Part shown: positions 8,145 to 17,248 of the stretch, one piece after another
Numbering within the stretch: the stretch's first letter is position 1
Layout: each line of letters starts with the position of its first letter
Source: a virus
Length of the DNA: 42,771 nt
Virus record (IMG/VR): IMGVR_UViG_3300050154_000155
Reading direction: 5' to 3' (one strand)
The notes under the pieces: model-generated
Seen by the model: the letters and a program-made list of their open reading frames with translations, nothing else
Database searches by the model: none
What the model was told of the DNA's origin: nothing
Program-made: the position numbers and the translations under genes

Positions 8145-8431
8145 GCTTACTTAAATTCCTTCCACCTGGGACAAATCTAAAGTTGCATGGAAAGGATTGC
8201 CGATACATTCAGTGGTTTGAGGTGTCCCTCGGTGGTTATGAGGTAATCGAAGTTGCCAAGTTTATTTACGAAGGCAAGGATATATACTTTGGCGTGGAAA
8301 TTTGCGACTCCCAGTTTAGCCTTTCAGAGCTTCTTGATGAGTGTAGTTCTCAGCCGTTTGCGTCCCTGCGTGAAGATATGAAGGCTTTCATAACCAGCCA
8401 CTTTAATAATCTCAAGGGCGGCGCAGCATGA
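8141..8431 (+). CDS. Hypothetical protein (96 aa)
   Basis: The GTG start overlaps the upstream stop (ATGTGA), so it is translationally coupled. No family recognised. Confidence 0.45.
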   Translation: MSLLKFLPPGTNLKLHGKDCRYIQWFEVSLGGYEVIEVAKFIYEGKDIYFGVEICDSQFSLSELLDECSSQPFASLREDMKAFITSHFNNLKGGAA

Positions 8432-8556
8432 ATAAAATCACCACCTACATGCTGTTTGCGGCAATTCTGATGCTGGTGGCAGCACTGGTGGCAAACGCTG
8501 GCTTACATTTCCTCGTTGCGCTGGGGAGCATTTACGTCGCTTTCAAAGGCCATTGA
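8428..8556 (+). CDS. Small membrane protein (42 aa)
   Basis: It is not in the track. ATGA overlap with the upstream stop. It translates to MNKITTYMLFAAILMLVAALVANAGLHFLVALGSIYVAFKGH, which is almost entirely hydrophobic. Confidence 0.4.
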   Translation: MNKITTYMLFAAILMLVAALVANAGLHFLVALGSIYVAFKGH

Positions 8557-8679
8557 GAGGGTCAGCAACAAGGCCGCCTAATTCAGAACGCACTGTAAGC
8601 AACGGGATATCAGCCGTTACCGGGTAATTTCATAGTAGCGTGACTCAACAATGACCGCGAACAACGCGGCAGGGACTTT

Positions 8680-9456
8680 ATGATCCACCATTATCACGGC
8701 GCTCCAATTTGGGGTGACAAGGGAAGTGTGCATAAAATTGCTGTAAATGGTGCTGGCGCTTTTGTTTCGTATGCCAGACCTAATCAATTGTCGGCGTCGT
8801 TTACATATGCGGCGAGTGTAGCAATAGATAATGGGGCGTTTTCCGCATGGAAAAGCGGACTTCGCATCAATTGGCTTGATTTTTATCGCTGGCTGACTCC
8901 ACACTATTACCATTCAAAAATGACATTTTTTGTAATTCCAGATGTGATTACGGGTAACGAGTATGACAACGATAATCTAATAAAATCCATGCCGAGGCAA
9001 TTTATCGAAAAGGCAGTTCCAGTTTGGCATTTACATGAATCAATCGACAGGTTAATTGAATTGTGTAAATGCTGGCCTCGCGTTTGTTTTGGGTCATCGG
9101 GTCAATATGCGCAAATTAGAACGGCAGTGTGGCATGCTAGGATGCGCGAAGCATTTTTGACTATCCATAGCCACGGATTATCTCCCCAAATACATGGCTT
9201 GCGAATGCTCGATGGACGAGTGCTAGGCAACTATCCATTAACAACGGCAGATAGCACAAACTTAGCGTGTAACGTTCCAAAATATAAGGTGAAATACCCG
9301 GAACTAACCAAGGCTGTCATGATGGCAGATTATGCTGTTGGGCTATCAGCCAGGGATCTTAACGTGCTTATTCTGAAACAAAGATGCGCCATACTCAAAG
9401 GGGCGATTGAGAGCGTAACTCCACCAACACTAAGAGAATACATTGAAAGCCTCTAG
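8680..9456 (+). CDS. Minimal TGT-fold protein, candidate DpdA-like nucleic-acid transglycosylase
   Basis: 258 aa. The ordered motifs resemble tRNA-guanine transglycosylase strand ends:
- GAPIWG (cf. PVGT)
- VAIDNGAFS (cf. TDSGGFQ)
- FVIPDV (cf. IFDEC)
- VWHLHES
- VCFGSSG (cf. AVGGL)
- IHGLRML (cf. LMGVG)
- TTADSTNLACN (cf. MFDCVMPTRNA)
Motif spacing is compatible with a trimmed TIM barrel. There is no Zn motif. Confidence 0.45.
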   Translation: MIHHYHGAPIWGDKGSVHKIAVNGAGAFVSYARPNQLSASFTYAASVAIDNGAFSAWKSGLRINWLDFYRWLTPHYYHSKMTFFVIPDVITGNEYDNDNLIKSMPRQFIEKAVPVWHLHESIDRLIELCKCWPRVCFGSSGQYAQIRTAVWHARMREAFLTIHSHGLSPQIHGLRMLDGRVLGNYPLTTADSTNLACNVPKYKVKYPELTKAVMMADYAVGLSARDLNVLILKQRCAILKGAIESVTPPTLREYIESL

Positions 9457-9661
9457 CCAAGCCTCATACCAGCAAACCGCCATCGATGCCGCTAGAAACA
9501 ACCCACGTCGGCAAAGCGAACAAGATGGCATGGCGAAGTGGACCATTGAGTTTCATGATGGGACCACGTTCCCCTACCTTACCAACGATTGCCGTGACCG
9601 TGAGCATGCGCTGCTTGGCGCAATCGAGCGGTTTGGTAAAAAGGTTCGAGACGTATATTAA
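9443..9661 (+). CDS. Hypothetical protein (72 aa, or 43 aa from the internal MAKWTIEF start)
   Basis: ORF only. It overlaps the upstream gene end by 14 nt. Confidence 0.35.
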   Translation: MKASSQASYQQTAIDAARNNPRRQSEQDGMAKWTIEFHDGTTFPYLTNDCRDREHALLGAIERFGKKVRDVY

Positions 9662-9913
9662 ATCCTTTTAGAACAATAGCATGTGCCGTATCACCCTCAT
9701 GGAGGAGGGTAGCATAAAGGGGTATGGTCAATACCACGATTCCGCACAGCAGGGCATACCTCACCCCTACAATTGATCCTTATCAACGCACTATCCCCCA
9801 TATCCACCAAAATCAAAACTGTCATGCGCCACCGGCCCATATCCCAGCGACCGCGCTTCCCGCATTTCAACATCGAAATAGAGCGAAGGTGACATGCCCA
9901 ATAAGGATAAAAA

Positions 9914-10516
9914 ATGTCAATCTTCAGAAGAGGTGCTGTCTGGTACGCGAGTTTCTCGCTCCCAGGCGGCAAAAGAATTAAAGAGTCTTTGCAAACAGAG
10001 AACAAAAGGGAGGCTCAAGAGTTACATGACAGACGAAAATCCGAACTGTGGCGTATAGACAAACTTGGCGAGGCTCCCAAAGTCACTTTTGATGAGGCGT
10101 GCTTGAGATGGCTAGAGGAAAAAGCGCACAAAAAATCGCTAGATGATGACAAAAGCCGGATCACATTCTGGCTTAATCATTTTGAAGGGGTATTGTTGAA
10201 CGATATAACTGAATCAAAGATTTATCTAGCAGTAAGCAAAATGACTAATCGTCGACATGAAGAAAACTACCGACTTAGTGCGGAATCTTTGATAAGAAAA
10301 GGAAAAGAACCACCCAAGTTTATTCCAAAGGCTGCGTCTGTCGCAACCAAAGCGACGCACCTTGCTTTTATCAAATCCCTGCTTCGTACGGCAGAGTTTG
10401 ATTGGAAGTGGCTTGAAAAGTCACCAATTATCAAAGTTCCGCAACCAAAAAATAAGCGTATCCGCTGGCTGGAAATGGCTGAGGCTAAGCGTTTAATTAA
10501 TGAATGTCCAGATTAG
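9914..10516 (+). pseudogene. int: Tyrosine integrase remnant: the N-terminal arm-binding and core-binding part only (200 aa); the catalytic domain is missing
   Basis: [21 protein letters not shown]...[18 protein letters not shown]...[29 protein letters not shown] closely parallels Rac IntR-type integrases (about 400 aa) as remembered. It stops exactly where the R..HxxR..Y catalytic domain should begin. No continuation exists in any frame. Confidence 0.8.
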
Positions 10517-10698
10517 CTGGTAGCGGTTGGTGTCGGCATGAACGGTTTCATGTTGTCTGGCAGGCTCTCGTAATATGCTTTGTAACGAGAGTCTGACTCT
10601 GTGATTTCCGCTTGATATGGCGCCGTTGCAGCATCCGGTTTAGCAAAAAAAATACCACTGATTGTTGCTTCAGCTGAGTTTGTAAATTGAGCATACAT
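10513..10698 (-). CDS. Small protein downstream of the tail fibre gene (possible fibre assembly factor)
   Basis: 61 aa and the last gene of the late operon. Its stop overlaps the stop of the integrase remnant by 4 nt. Confidence 0.4.
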   Translation of the reverse strand: MYAQFTNSAEATISGIFFAKPDAATAPYQAEITESDSRYKAYYESLPDNMKPFMPTPTATS

Positions 10699-10708
10699 AA
10701 TTCACCCC

Positions 10709-12112
10709 CTAAAATTCGTATCCATTGATACCTAGTAACGCATTTGAAACACCGGTTGTAGACCAAGTGAATTGATAGTACAGGGTTTGCGGGGTAACGA
10801 TATCTATATCAAAAGTAATATCTTCACCAATCGCCCCCAAAGTTCCAGCGTATACTTGAAAAAATCCAGCGCCATTGGTGTCTGCAGCTACTATGAATGT
10901 TGCAGAACCTGTGCCGCTGCCGGAATTACAAAAAGCGTAACCTTTGCATTTAGTTGCATTAAGCGGTGCGGCACCAGCCAGCGACATAGCAGTGTATGAC
11001 CCAGGATTACTCGCGATACTTAAAACTGTGACCCCTGTCCGCATTACACGACGGCCACGAACGTACGTACCAACCGCAAATTGCCCCAAATTGTTTGTTG
11101 GCACTACCGCAACTAACGCAGATGCGGTATACCCCGCTGGCGCGTTGCTGCCTGAGTAAATTTCGGCAGCTTTCGCGTTTGTTGCATTCCAACATATTAC
11201 GCATTTAGAGCCAGTAATGGGGTTTAGCATAAGATAAATTGCTACATACCCAGACGTCGGTGCAGAACCGGTATCCATCCCCCCAGCACCAGTTGTTCCC
11301 AAATTGACAGTCAGGCTGATCGAATTCAGTCGGTATTGTGTTCCGCCTAACGCTGTTTCAACGATCACTTCGTCAGCGGTAAACGTTCCGCTTGCACTCG
11401 CTGCGGGGAAAGACATCGCCGCATTTCTGGACTGGCCGACAATGCCCGTTAGGCCGCCGCCTAAACCAAGATTAGCGAGATTACTGATCGGCGCGTTGAC
11501 GATATACCATTTATTCGCGCTTGAACTGTATTTAAAACGCGTTGGATATCCTGCGATAAACTCACTGCCGACTAATGCCGAACCGAGACCATTATTAACA
11601 GGGACAGCGGTTAAACCGTTAAACGTAAGCGTAGTTGCTCCCGTTGGTGTATACGTTGGTGTGAGATTAATTTCCATGCCGTCAGTGGGCGTGGTTATCG
11701 CCGGATTAGTCGTAACAATCAAACTATTTGCCGCTGTGCTCGCGTCAGTGGCTTTTAAATATGTGCCGCCTAACAGATCGGTTGCTTGTACAATACCCGC
11801 TAATGTTCCGGCGGTGATCTGGTTAGCGCAAATATCACCGGCTACCCAGGATTGTGCAGTTGTTCCTTCTTGACCACGCGCAAGCGTAAACGTATCGCTA
11901 CTAATTGCGGTCACATACATTATTTCGGTTTTCGTTTGTGTAGCCGCGTCGGTTAATGACAAACGAAAAAACTGATTAGTAGAAAGCGTTGGAAATAATG
12001 CGCCAGTGCCCGACGCTACTGTTAAACTTGTCGCAGTAGCATTGATCGCGGCGGCAAGTGTTGTTTGCGCCTGATTTGCTGCCACCTCATGCATTGTTGT
12101 GATTGCTGCCAT
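10709..12112 (-). CDS. Tail fibre protein
   Basis: 467 aa. The N-terminus is a conserved fibre-type sequence (TLAAAINATATSLTVASGTGALFP...TLARGQEGTTAQSW). The rest is Gly/Thr/Ala-rich. It is last in the baseplate gene order. Confidence 0.65.
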   Translation of the reverse strand: MAAITTMHEVAANQAQTTLAAAINATATSLTVASGTGALFPTLSTNQFFRLSLTDAATQTKTEIMYVTAISSDTFTLARGQEGTTAQSWVAGDICANQITAGTLAGIVQATDLLGGTYLKATDASTAANSLIVTTNPAITTPTDGMEINLTPTYTPTGATTLTFNGLTAVPVNNGLGSALVGSEFIAGYPTRFKYSSSANKWYIVNAPISNLANLGLGGGLTGIVGQSRNAAMSFPAASASGTFTADEVIVETALGGTQYRLNSISLTVNLGTTGAGGMDTGSAPTSGYVAIYLMLNPITGSKCVICWNATNAKAAEIYSGSNAPAGYTASALVAVVPTNNLGQFAVGTYVRGRRVMRTGVTVLSIASNPGSYTAMSLAGAAPLNATKCKGYAFCNSGSGTGSATFIVAADTNGAGFFQVYAGTLGAIGEDITFDIDIVTPQTLYYQFTWSTTGVSNALLGINGYEF

Positions 12113-12115
12113 GTA

Positions 12116-12820
12116 TCACCCGATTATGTTGACTGTCCAGTTGTATTCAAATGGCAAATTTAATGCCCCTGATGCAACTGCCGATTGAAAAATTTGGGCA
12201 TATTGAATGCTCGTACCGGTCATTAACGTGCTGTTCAATTTGTTGTAACCCAGAGTATTAAACGGGATACAATTATACCCCATAAATTTAGTAACCGTTC
12301 TGATCCCATTATAGAGCGTAATCGTGGCGGTAGTACCTGCAAATGTCAGTGATATTTGATAATGCGAAGATTGCGAAATATCAGTGCCGTTAGTGCCATT
12401 CAAAAAACGTTTAACACGTCGTTTTACCCACGCTGGCGTAACTCGAAAGCCATCGCCGACATACATATTCCAGGTTAACACGCGCTTGAAAATATCATCG
12501 CTTGTCGCGTAATAGGTTTGGCTATCAATAAATTTTAATTTTTTGTAGGGATACTGATTGTAATTTATTGAATTATATAGCCCACGCATGCGGCGCGTAT
12601 CAGACGATAATAACGGGCGGCTTTGTCCATACAGCCCATTGGCTATCCAGTCGAGCAATGCGCCGGTTAAGTTGGTGCCTATCCAAATAGGCAAATTTAA
12701 ATTTTGCATCCAGGCAAAATGATCTGCAATGACCTGATTGATTGCCGCAAAAAGCGCCTGAATGTCCTGATCATCTTGGTATTGCCAATATGGGGTAAGT
12801 TGAAACGTTTGAGTTAGCAT
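12116..12820 (-). CDS. Baseplate / fibre-adaptor protein (Mu gp48 / P2 gpI position)
   Basis: 234 aa, between the J-like gene and the fibre gene. Assigned from gene order. Confidence 0.45.
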   Translation of the reverse strand: MLTQTFQLTPYWQYQDDQDIQALFAAINQVIADHFAWMQNLNLPIWIGTNLTGALLDWIANGLYGQSRPLLSSDTRRMRGLYNSINYNQYPYKKLKFIDSQTYYATSDDIFKRVLTWNMYVGDGFRVTPAWVKRRVKRFLNGTNGTDISQSSHYQISLTFAGTTATITLYNGIRTVTKFMGYNCIPFNTLGYNKLNSTLMTGTSIQYAQIFQSAVASGALNLPFEYNWTVNIIG

Positions 12821-12822
12821 AA

Positions 12823-14250
12823 TTATGCGTTCACCACTGTGAACCCAGCGCCTGCCGAGTCAGTCTGCCAATAGCTCAGCGAATCGCCGGATATGATCTG
12901 CGTGCCAGAATCAAGCGTTGCCAGTACGCCATTTACATAAACTGTAAACGTCAGATTAGTAAGCAATTCTACGTTTAGCACTGAACTGATGTTATCTAAA
13001 AACACTTGTCTAACAGCATTTAAATTCAACGCCATACCCGCTGTTAATCCATTAATATACGATGCAATGGGTACAATGACTTCTTGTGCGATCGCGGCAT
13101 TTGATATCGTGTTTGCGCTGTTACTATCCCAGCCAATCGTCATTGTGACAGTTTGCAGTAATGGGATCGCATAGGTGAATTTATACACATCGGGATAATC
13201 GTTTACGCTAACACTCACATTGCGTAAATTAGGCGTAATCACCCCACCGCTAACCCATGCGCTGTAACTTGTAGTATTAACCCCGATACTAAAATTATGG
13301 GCATCAATTACTGCAATTGTCAGTGCAACGTTATTCAGCGCGGTCATACCAACAATGCCGGTGATGTTGATAACCTGGCCGCTGCTAAATCCGTGCGTAT
13401 TCGCTGTGGTTATTACACCTGGATTAGCCTGGGTGATGCCCGTAATATTTAACGTACTGGCAATGATATTGGCCGGATTAAGCACCGAATTATAAATTGC
13501 CCCAGCAATTGAGTACGGGTCACCGCTTCCCCCACACATAACGATAAAACCGCCAGTAGCAGGAATTGTCCTAACTAGCCGTGCGGTGACGTTAGCCACG
13601 CTGGTTAATTGGGTGCGTAAATAATTTGGGGTGCCTACACCAGTTTGTGCAGTCGCTTCTAATACGCGTTGCCTGAATTCACCGTTGGTTTCAGAACCTT
13701 GTGCTTGTGTGCCCGCTGTGGGATTGGTGACAGTGAGTATAATGCTATCAGGTAGCGATGTTATTATCGTTGTCACTGTACCAGCTGGCACCGCCCATGA
13801 TCCTGTTTCAGTGGCTTGTGCGGTAACACCGGTTAGAATGCCGGATGTCGGAATAATCGCCGCATCCAGTACCTGGTATTGATAACTCCCATCGGATACA
13901 AGAAACCCCGCATTAATCATGAAACCAGCGGGACCGGTGAATTGTATTGTAACGCTGGTATAGCTGCTAGTCTGTTGCGCGGGTATACCGGTTTGCTGCG
14001 CCAGATTATTTAGCACAATCATATTTGCGCCGGTTGCAGCCAGACTATTAACAATGTCTACAGCGGCCTGATTAGTTAATGCGGCGGCTGCTGCGCCTGT
14101 ACTGGCGACATCGTCAATAAGGCTTGCTGGCAACGTGGCCGTGAGTCCGGGTGCAATCGCGGTAGCCTGGGAAATAATGTCATCGTGAATAGTGCTGATA
14201 GGCGTTGGCTCGATACCAGCACTGGTAACTGTCGTGTTAATCGTTGTCAT
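12823..14250 (-). CDS. Baseplate wedge protein, J-like (Mu gp47 position), with an inserted beta module of about 60 aa
   Basis: 475 aa. Assigned from gene order and size. It contains the module GVITTANTHGFSSGQVINITGIVGMTALNNVALTIAVIDAHNFS. Confidence 0.5.
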   Translation of the reverse strand: MTTINTTVTSAGIEPTPISTIHDDIISQATAIAPGLTATLPASLIDDVASTGAAAAALTNQAAVDIVNSLAATGANMIVLNNLAQQTGIPAQQTSSYTSVTIQFTGPAGFMINAGFLVSDGSYQYQVLDAAIIPTSGILTGVTAQATETGSWAVPAGTVTTIITSLPDSIILTVTNPTAGTQAQGSETNGEFRQRVLEATAQTGVGTPNYLRTQLTSVANVTARLVRTIPATGGFIVMCGGSGDPYSIAGAIYNSVLNPANIIASTLNITGITQANPGVITTANTHGFSSGQVINITGIVGMTALNNVALTIAVIDAHNFSIGVNTTSYSAWVSGGVITPNLRNVSVSVNDYPDVYKFTYAIPLLQTVTMTIGWDSNSANTISNAAIAQEVIVPIASYINGLTAGMALNLNAVRQVFLDNISSVLNVELLTNLTFTVYVNGVLATLDSGTQIISGDSLSYWQTDSAGAGFTVVNA

Positions 14251-14579
14251 ATCGCCACCTTGGCCTGATAAGTTGTGCCATTGTTAAACATCACACTGAT
14301 ATTATAAGTCGGTGTGGTTGCGGTTGTGTCATAGGCAATGCTTAACGATGCGAAATATTGGGCAAATTGTTTTTGCAAACGATTCATGTAAAACGTTGGC
14401 AAAATTTGCTGTACTACTGAACCCGCCGCCGGCACACCGTAATTAGCATAAAATGGCGATTCACCTGGGGATAATTTCAGGCATTGGATCAGCGTGGTCA
14501 AATACACATAATCATTCGCGCCATTTGCTGCCGTTTCAACCGCTACCCACTGCCCGTTTATGCGTCCGTATGTTCTCAT
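14247..14579 (-). CDS. Small baseplate wedge protein (W/gp25-like, Mu gp46 position)
   Basis: 110 aa. ATGA-type overlap with the J-like gene. Assigned from gene order. Confidence 0.45.
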   Translation of the reverse strand: MRTYGRINGQWVAVETAANGANDYVYLTTLIQCLKLSPGESPFYANYGVPAAGSVVQQILPTFYMNRLQKQFAQYFASLSIAYDTTATTPTYNISVMFNNGTTYQAKVAI

Positions 14580-14581
14580 GC

Positions 14582-15307
14582 TTAGCTCACTATCGGCGTG
14601 TTAATTTGTGTTGTTGACGCGGTAGTATTTGCGCCACCGTTGCCGTTACCATGTACATGATTATTACAAAAATTGAGCAATGCCGTCCATGCGGTTAACA
14701 TTTTAGCGGGGCTGGTTTCGCCCGAACTATCCGATAATGCCCCAGATGTTCCGCTGATTGTCCATCCACTAGGTGTTAACGCAATTTTAGTGCCGCCACA
14801 AATTGACGTAACGCTATTAGGTGCCTGTATGCTAATCGTCGTGGGAGTTATGTTGATCACGCTGTTGCTGCCGCTATCGCGTATCTGTACGCCGTTGGGG
14901 CCATACATTACCAGTGTGTTACCATCGACGGTTGACCATCCGGTATTACCCAGCGGTATGAAAAAATACGTTGAAAGATTCCCCGGGCGATTAGTTAATG
15001 TGGCCGTCCCATTCCCTAGGCCACTCACCCCACCGAGAAACATAAAGGTTGGGATCAGAATACCCTTATCACCAGGTTGCAACGGGTAGCGGATATATTC
15101 GGGTCCCATTAGCGGACAAGTAATATTTGGTATTGGGTAATCAGACGATAACAGCACATCTACCGTAACAATTCCGCTATTGCTTGTTTTACTCACCAAT
15201 TTAGCCGGATAAAATTCACCGCGAAATTGATGATTTTCCGCGTTTTTCCGCTCGGTGTACGCTTCCAGATTTTTAGTTAATGCTATTTTTTGCGCGATAT
15301 TACTCAT
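14582..15307 (-). CDS. Baseplate central spike / assembly protein V-like (Mu gp45 position)
   Basis: 241 aa. It has an OB-like N-terminal part with PLQPGDKGILIP and a Gly/Ser/Thr-rich beta C-terminus. Confidence 0.5.
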   Translation of the reverse strand: MSNIAQKIALTKNLEAYTERKNAENHQFRGEFYPAKLVSKTSNSGIVTVDVLLSSDYPIPNITCPLMGPEYIRYPLQPGDKGILIPTFMFLGGVSGLGNGTATLTNRPGNLSTYFFIPLGNTGWSTVDGNTLVMYGPNGVQIRDSGSNSVINITPTTISIQAPNSVTSICGGTKIALTPSGWTISGTSGALSDSSGETSPAKMLTAWTALLNFCNNHVHGNGNGGANTTASTTQINTPIVS

Positions 15308-16259
15308 ATTTAGCAGTAGCCTCGATTGACGTTACCCAACTGTCCCCATCGGGCTGGCGCGAATTGCCCATGATTCGCACATCGGTAACAAAAAATTTGC
15401 CCTGAAATACGGATGCCTGGCGATATTGCGAATAGCTTGATGCATTAATTTTAGCCAGTGAACCTGCGGGTAGTGTAATAATATCACCGGTTATGATATC
15501 GGCACGTAACACCAGGCGAACATTAATTTTAAGCGGTTCAATCCATGTCGGTTGCCCAATTAAATCCTGAAATTTTATAGCAATTTCTGTGCCAGAAGTT
15601 GTACCGTCATAAATATTAAAAACTTTTTTACCAGTATCAACAATTTGTACGCCCTGATAATTTGATTTTGTAACAATTGTTTTACTGATATCGTTACAAA
15701 ATTTACCCAACAATCTCAAATTAGGATAATGACATAACTGGTCGTAATTACAGATTAACGAACTGCTAATCGACATATTTAACGAATAATCAGGATATGC
15801 AATCGTTAGACAATTTCGTAACGCTGTGGCTAATGTAGATCCAACTGTCCATTTCAATATCAAATTGGTAGGGCTATCAACCGATCCGCTAATAGCATTA
15901 ATCATTAACGTCATATACTGGTTAATACCCTGCCAGTTGCCGAATGCTTGTTGTATTGTACCCTGACATAACACGCCTGCCTGTGCGGCATTTGCAAGGG
16001 GTAAACCTTTGCTCATTCCCCCGCTTACTCGGCAAAACATACCGTTAAAATTTTCGGCCTGCATAATGTCTTTTACGGATAGCCCCCATACATTCACATA
16101 TGCCGCCCCTTTTGGTGTTGCCATAGCAAAACGCGGAATATCCAATTCAACCATGAGCGCCCCGCGTTTATGGTTGCTGGTACTATCCAATGTGGAAAAA
16201 GTAGCCACGCTTTTGCTATATGCTGCATCACTAAATATTTCTATTTTGTAATAGCGCAT
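15300..16259 (-). CDS. Baseplate hub protein (Mu gp44 / P2 gpD position)
   Basis: 319 aa. Assigned from gene order only. Confidence 0.4.
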   Translation of the reverse strand: MRYYKIEIFSDAAYSKSVATFSTLDSTSNHKRGALMVELDIPRFAMATPKGAAYVNVWGLSVKDIMQAENFNGMFCRVSGGMSKGLPLANAAQAGVLCQGTIQQAFGNWQGINQYMTLMINAISGSVDSPTNLILKWTVGSTLATALRNCLTIAYPDYSLNMSISSSLICNYDQLCHYPNLRLLGKFCNDISKTIVTKSNYQGVQIVDTGKKVFNIYDGTTSGTEIAIKFQDLIGQPTWIEPLKINVRLVLRADIITGDIITLPAGSLAKINASSYSQYRQASVFQGKFFVTDVRIMGNSRQPDGDSWVTSIEATAKYE

Positions 16260-16534
16260 TAGGCGGTTACCTCAATTTGCCCGTTATCAACGCGCCAAAC
16301 CAACGTAGTTGATGTGAATACCCCAAACAAAATATTAATATCATACCCGATCGGAGATTCCACCAGCGGGCGGCATAATATCAGGGTGCCGGAACTGTCA
16401 GTAATAACAGCGTACCAACGCTGGCTGTATAGATTCCATTTGCACACCAGGTTATATTGCGTTCCGTCAAGCGTCGGCGTAAATGTCGGTGCGGTGGTTT
16501 CGTTGCCGGTAAACGTATAATAAGTTGTGCTCAT
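16259..16534 (-). CDS. Small tail/baseplate protein (91 aa)
   Basis: ORF with overlapping start and stop codons relative to its neighbours. Confidence 0.4.
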   Translation of the reverse strand: MSTTYYTFTGNETTAPTFTPTLDGTQYNLVCKWNLYSQRWYAVITDSSGTLILCRPLVESPIGYDINILFGVFTSTTLVWRVDNGQIEVTA

Positions 16535-17247
16535 AGCGTATCACTCAATGTTCCGGCTAAACCGGTAATACCACTTACAAGCTGACTAACCTGCGCCCCT
16601 ACGGCAGTGTTACCCAGTGCACTAGTTGCATTCGACCAACTGGACGAGGTGACTTTATCACCACTATCAATCTTACTCATGAGACTACTTATCGCCCCAG
16701 CCGCGCTACTCTCACTCACAAGCGGCTGACTGAAATCCCAGCGCCAGACTGCGCCGGCTTGTGAGTGGGTATTGTCTGTAACATCGGTTAATCGTTCTAA
16801 TATGCACCCTTCATACATACAAGCCGGTGTAATGCATGTGTATGTACCGCCTAACTCCTGATGGGCCTGTAATGTGGCCTGTAGCGCTGAGAGCGTGGCA
16901 AATTTATTCATATAACCTAGTTCCTGATTAACGGGGCATTGCATTTGAAAACTAATCACGTTCGGATCTGCTATTACGGCGTTAGCGGCCACATTCTGAT
17001 TAGCAAATGGATATTGCCCAATTTTAGCATTAATCATTTGTGTGCCAGGCATCGAACGCCAACGCGCGAAAAACTGATCCATGTTCGTTATGTTGCCGCC
17101 AGTTAATAACGCGGTAATAAAACTAGATGCCTGCGTTATCGCAACAATCGGCAGCATGCCCCCGCTAATCTCAGAAGCGATGCCGTCACATAAGATAATC
17201 GGACTCATTTCAAATGAGAGCCGGTAAATATCGCGTGTAAATGACAT
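16531..17247 (-). CDS. Tail protein following the tape measure (Mu gp43 position)
   Basis: 238 aa. Assigned from gene order only. Confidence 0.4.
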   Translation of the reverse strand: MSFTRDIYRLSFEMSPIILCDGIASEISGGMLPIVAITQASSFITALLTGGNITNMDQFFARWRSMPGTQMINAKIGQYPFANQNVAANAVIADPNVISFQMQCPVNQELGYMNKFATLSALQATLQAHQELGGTYTCITPACMYEGCILERLTDVTDNTHSQAGAVWRWDFSQPLVSESSAAGAISSLMSKIDSGDKVTSSSWSNATSALGNTAVGAQVSQLVSGITGLAGTLSDTL

Positions 17248-17248
17248 A

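Noticed and set aside
9662-9913. A search of the non-coding stretch upstream of the integrase remnant for a tRNA gene or fragment, or an attP core.
   Set aside because: I could not fold any cloverleaf. The only elements are a short hairpin (ACCCTC...GAGGGT) and a 9-mer, CCCATATCC, repeated 39 bp apart. These could be relic arm sites but are not demonstrable from sequence alone.
10507-10524. Short direct similarity between the two edges of the plus-strand block (GTCGGGTTAGCGGCGGTAG at 7224-7242 versus GTCCAGATTAGCTGGTAG at 10507-10524), considered as possible att-like or target-duplication sites.
   Set aside because: The match needs indels and is about what chance would give when comparing two windows of about 100 bp. 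It is not strong enough to claim.
11304-11873. Long plus-strand ORF (189 aa) antisense to the tail fibre gene. Similar antisense ORFs lie at 18000-18929 (tape measure), 14673-15089, 21965-22237 and 24679-25032.
   Set aside because: They lie entirely inside strongly supported minus-strand structural genes. They have no RBS and their composition is low-plausibility. They are typical shadow ORFs of Ala/Gly/Thr-rich genes.
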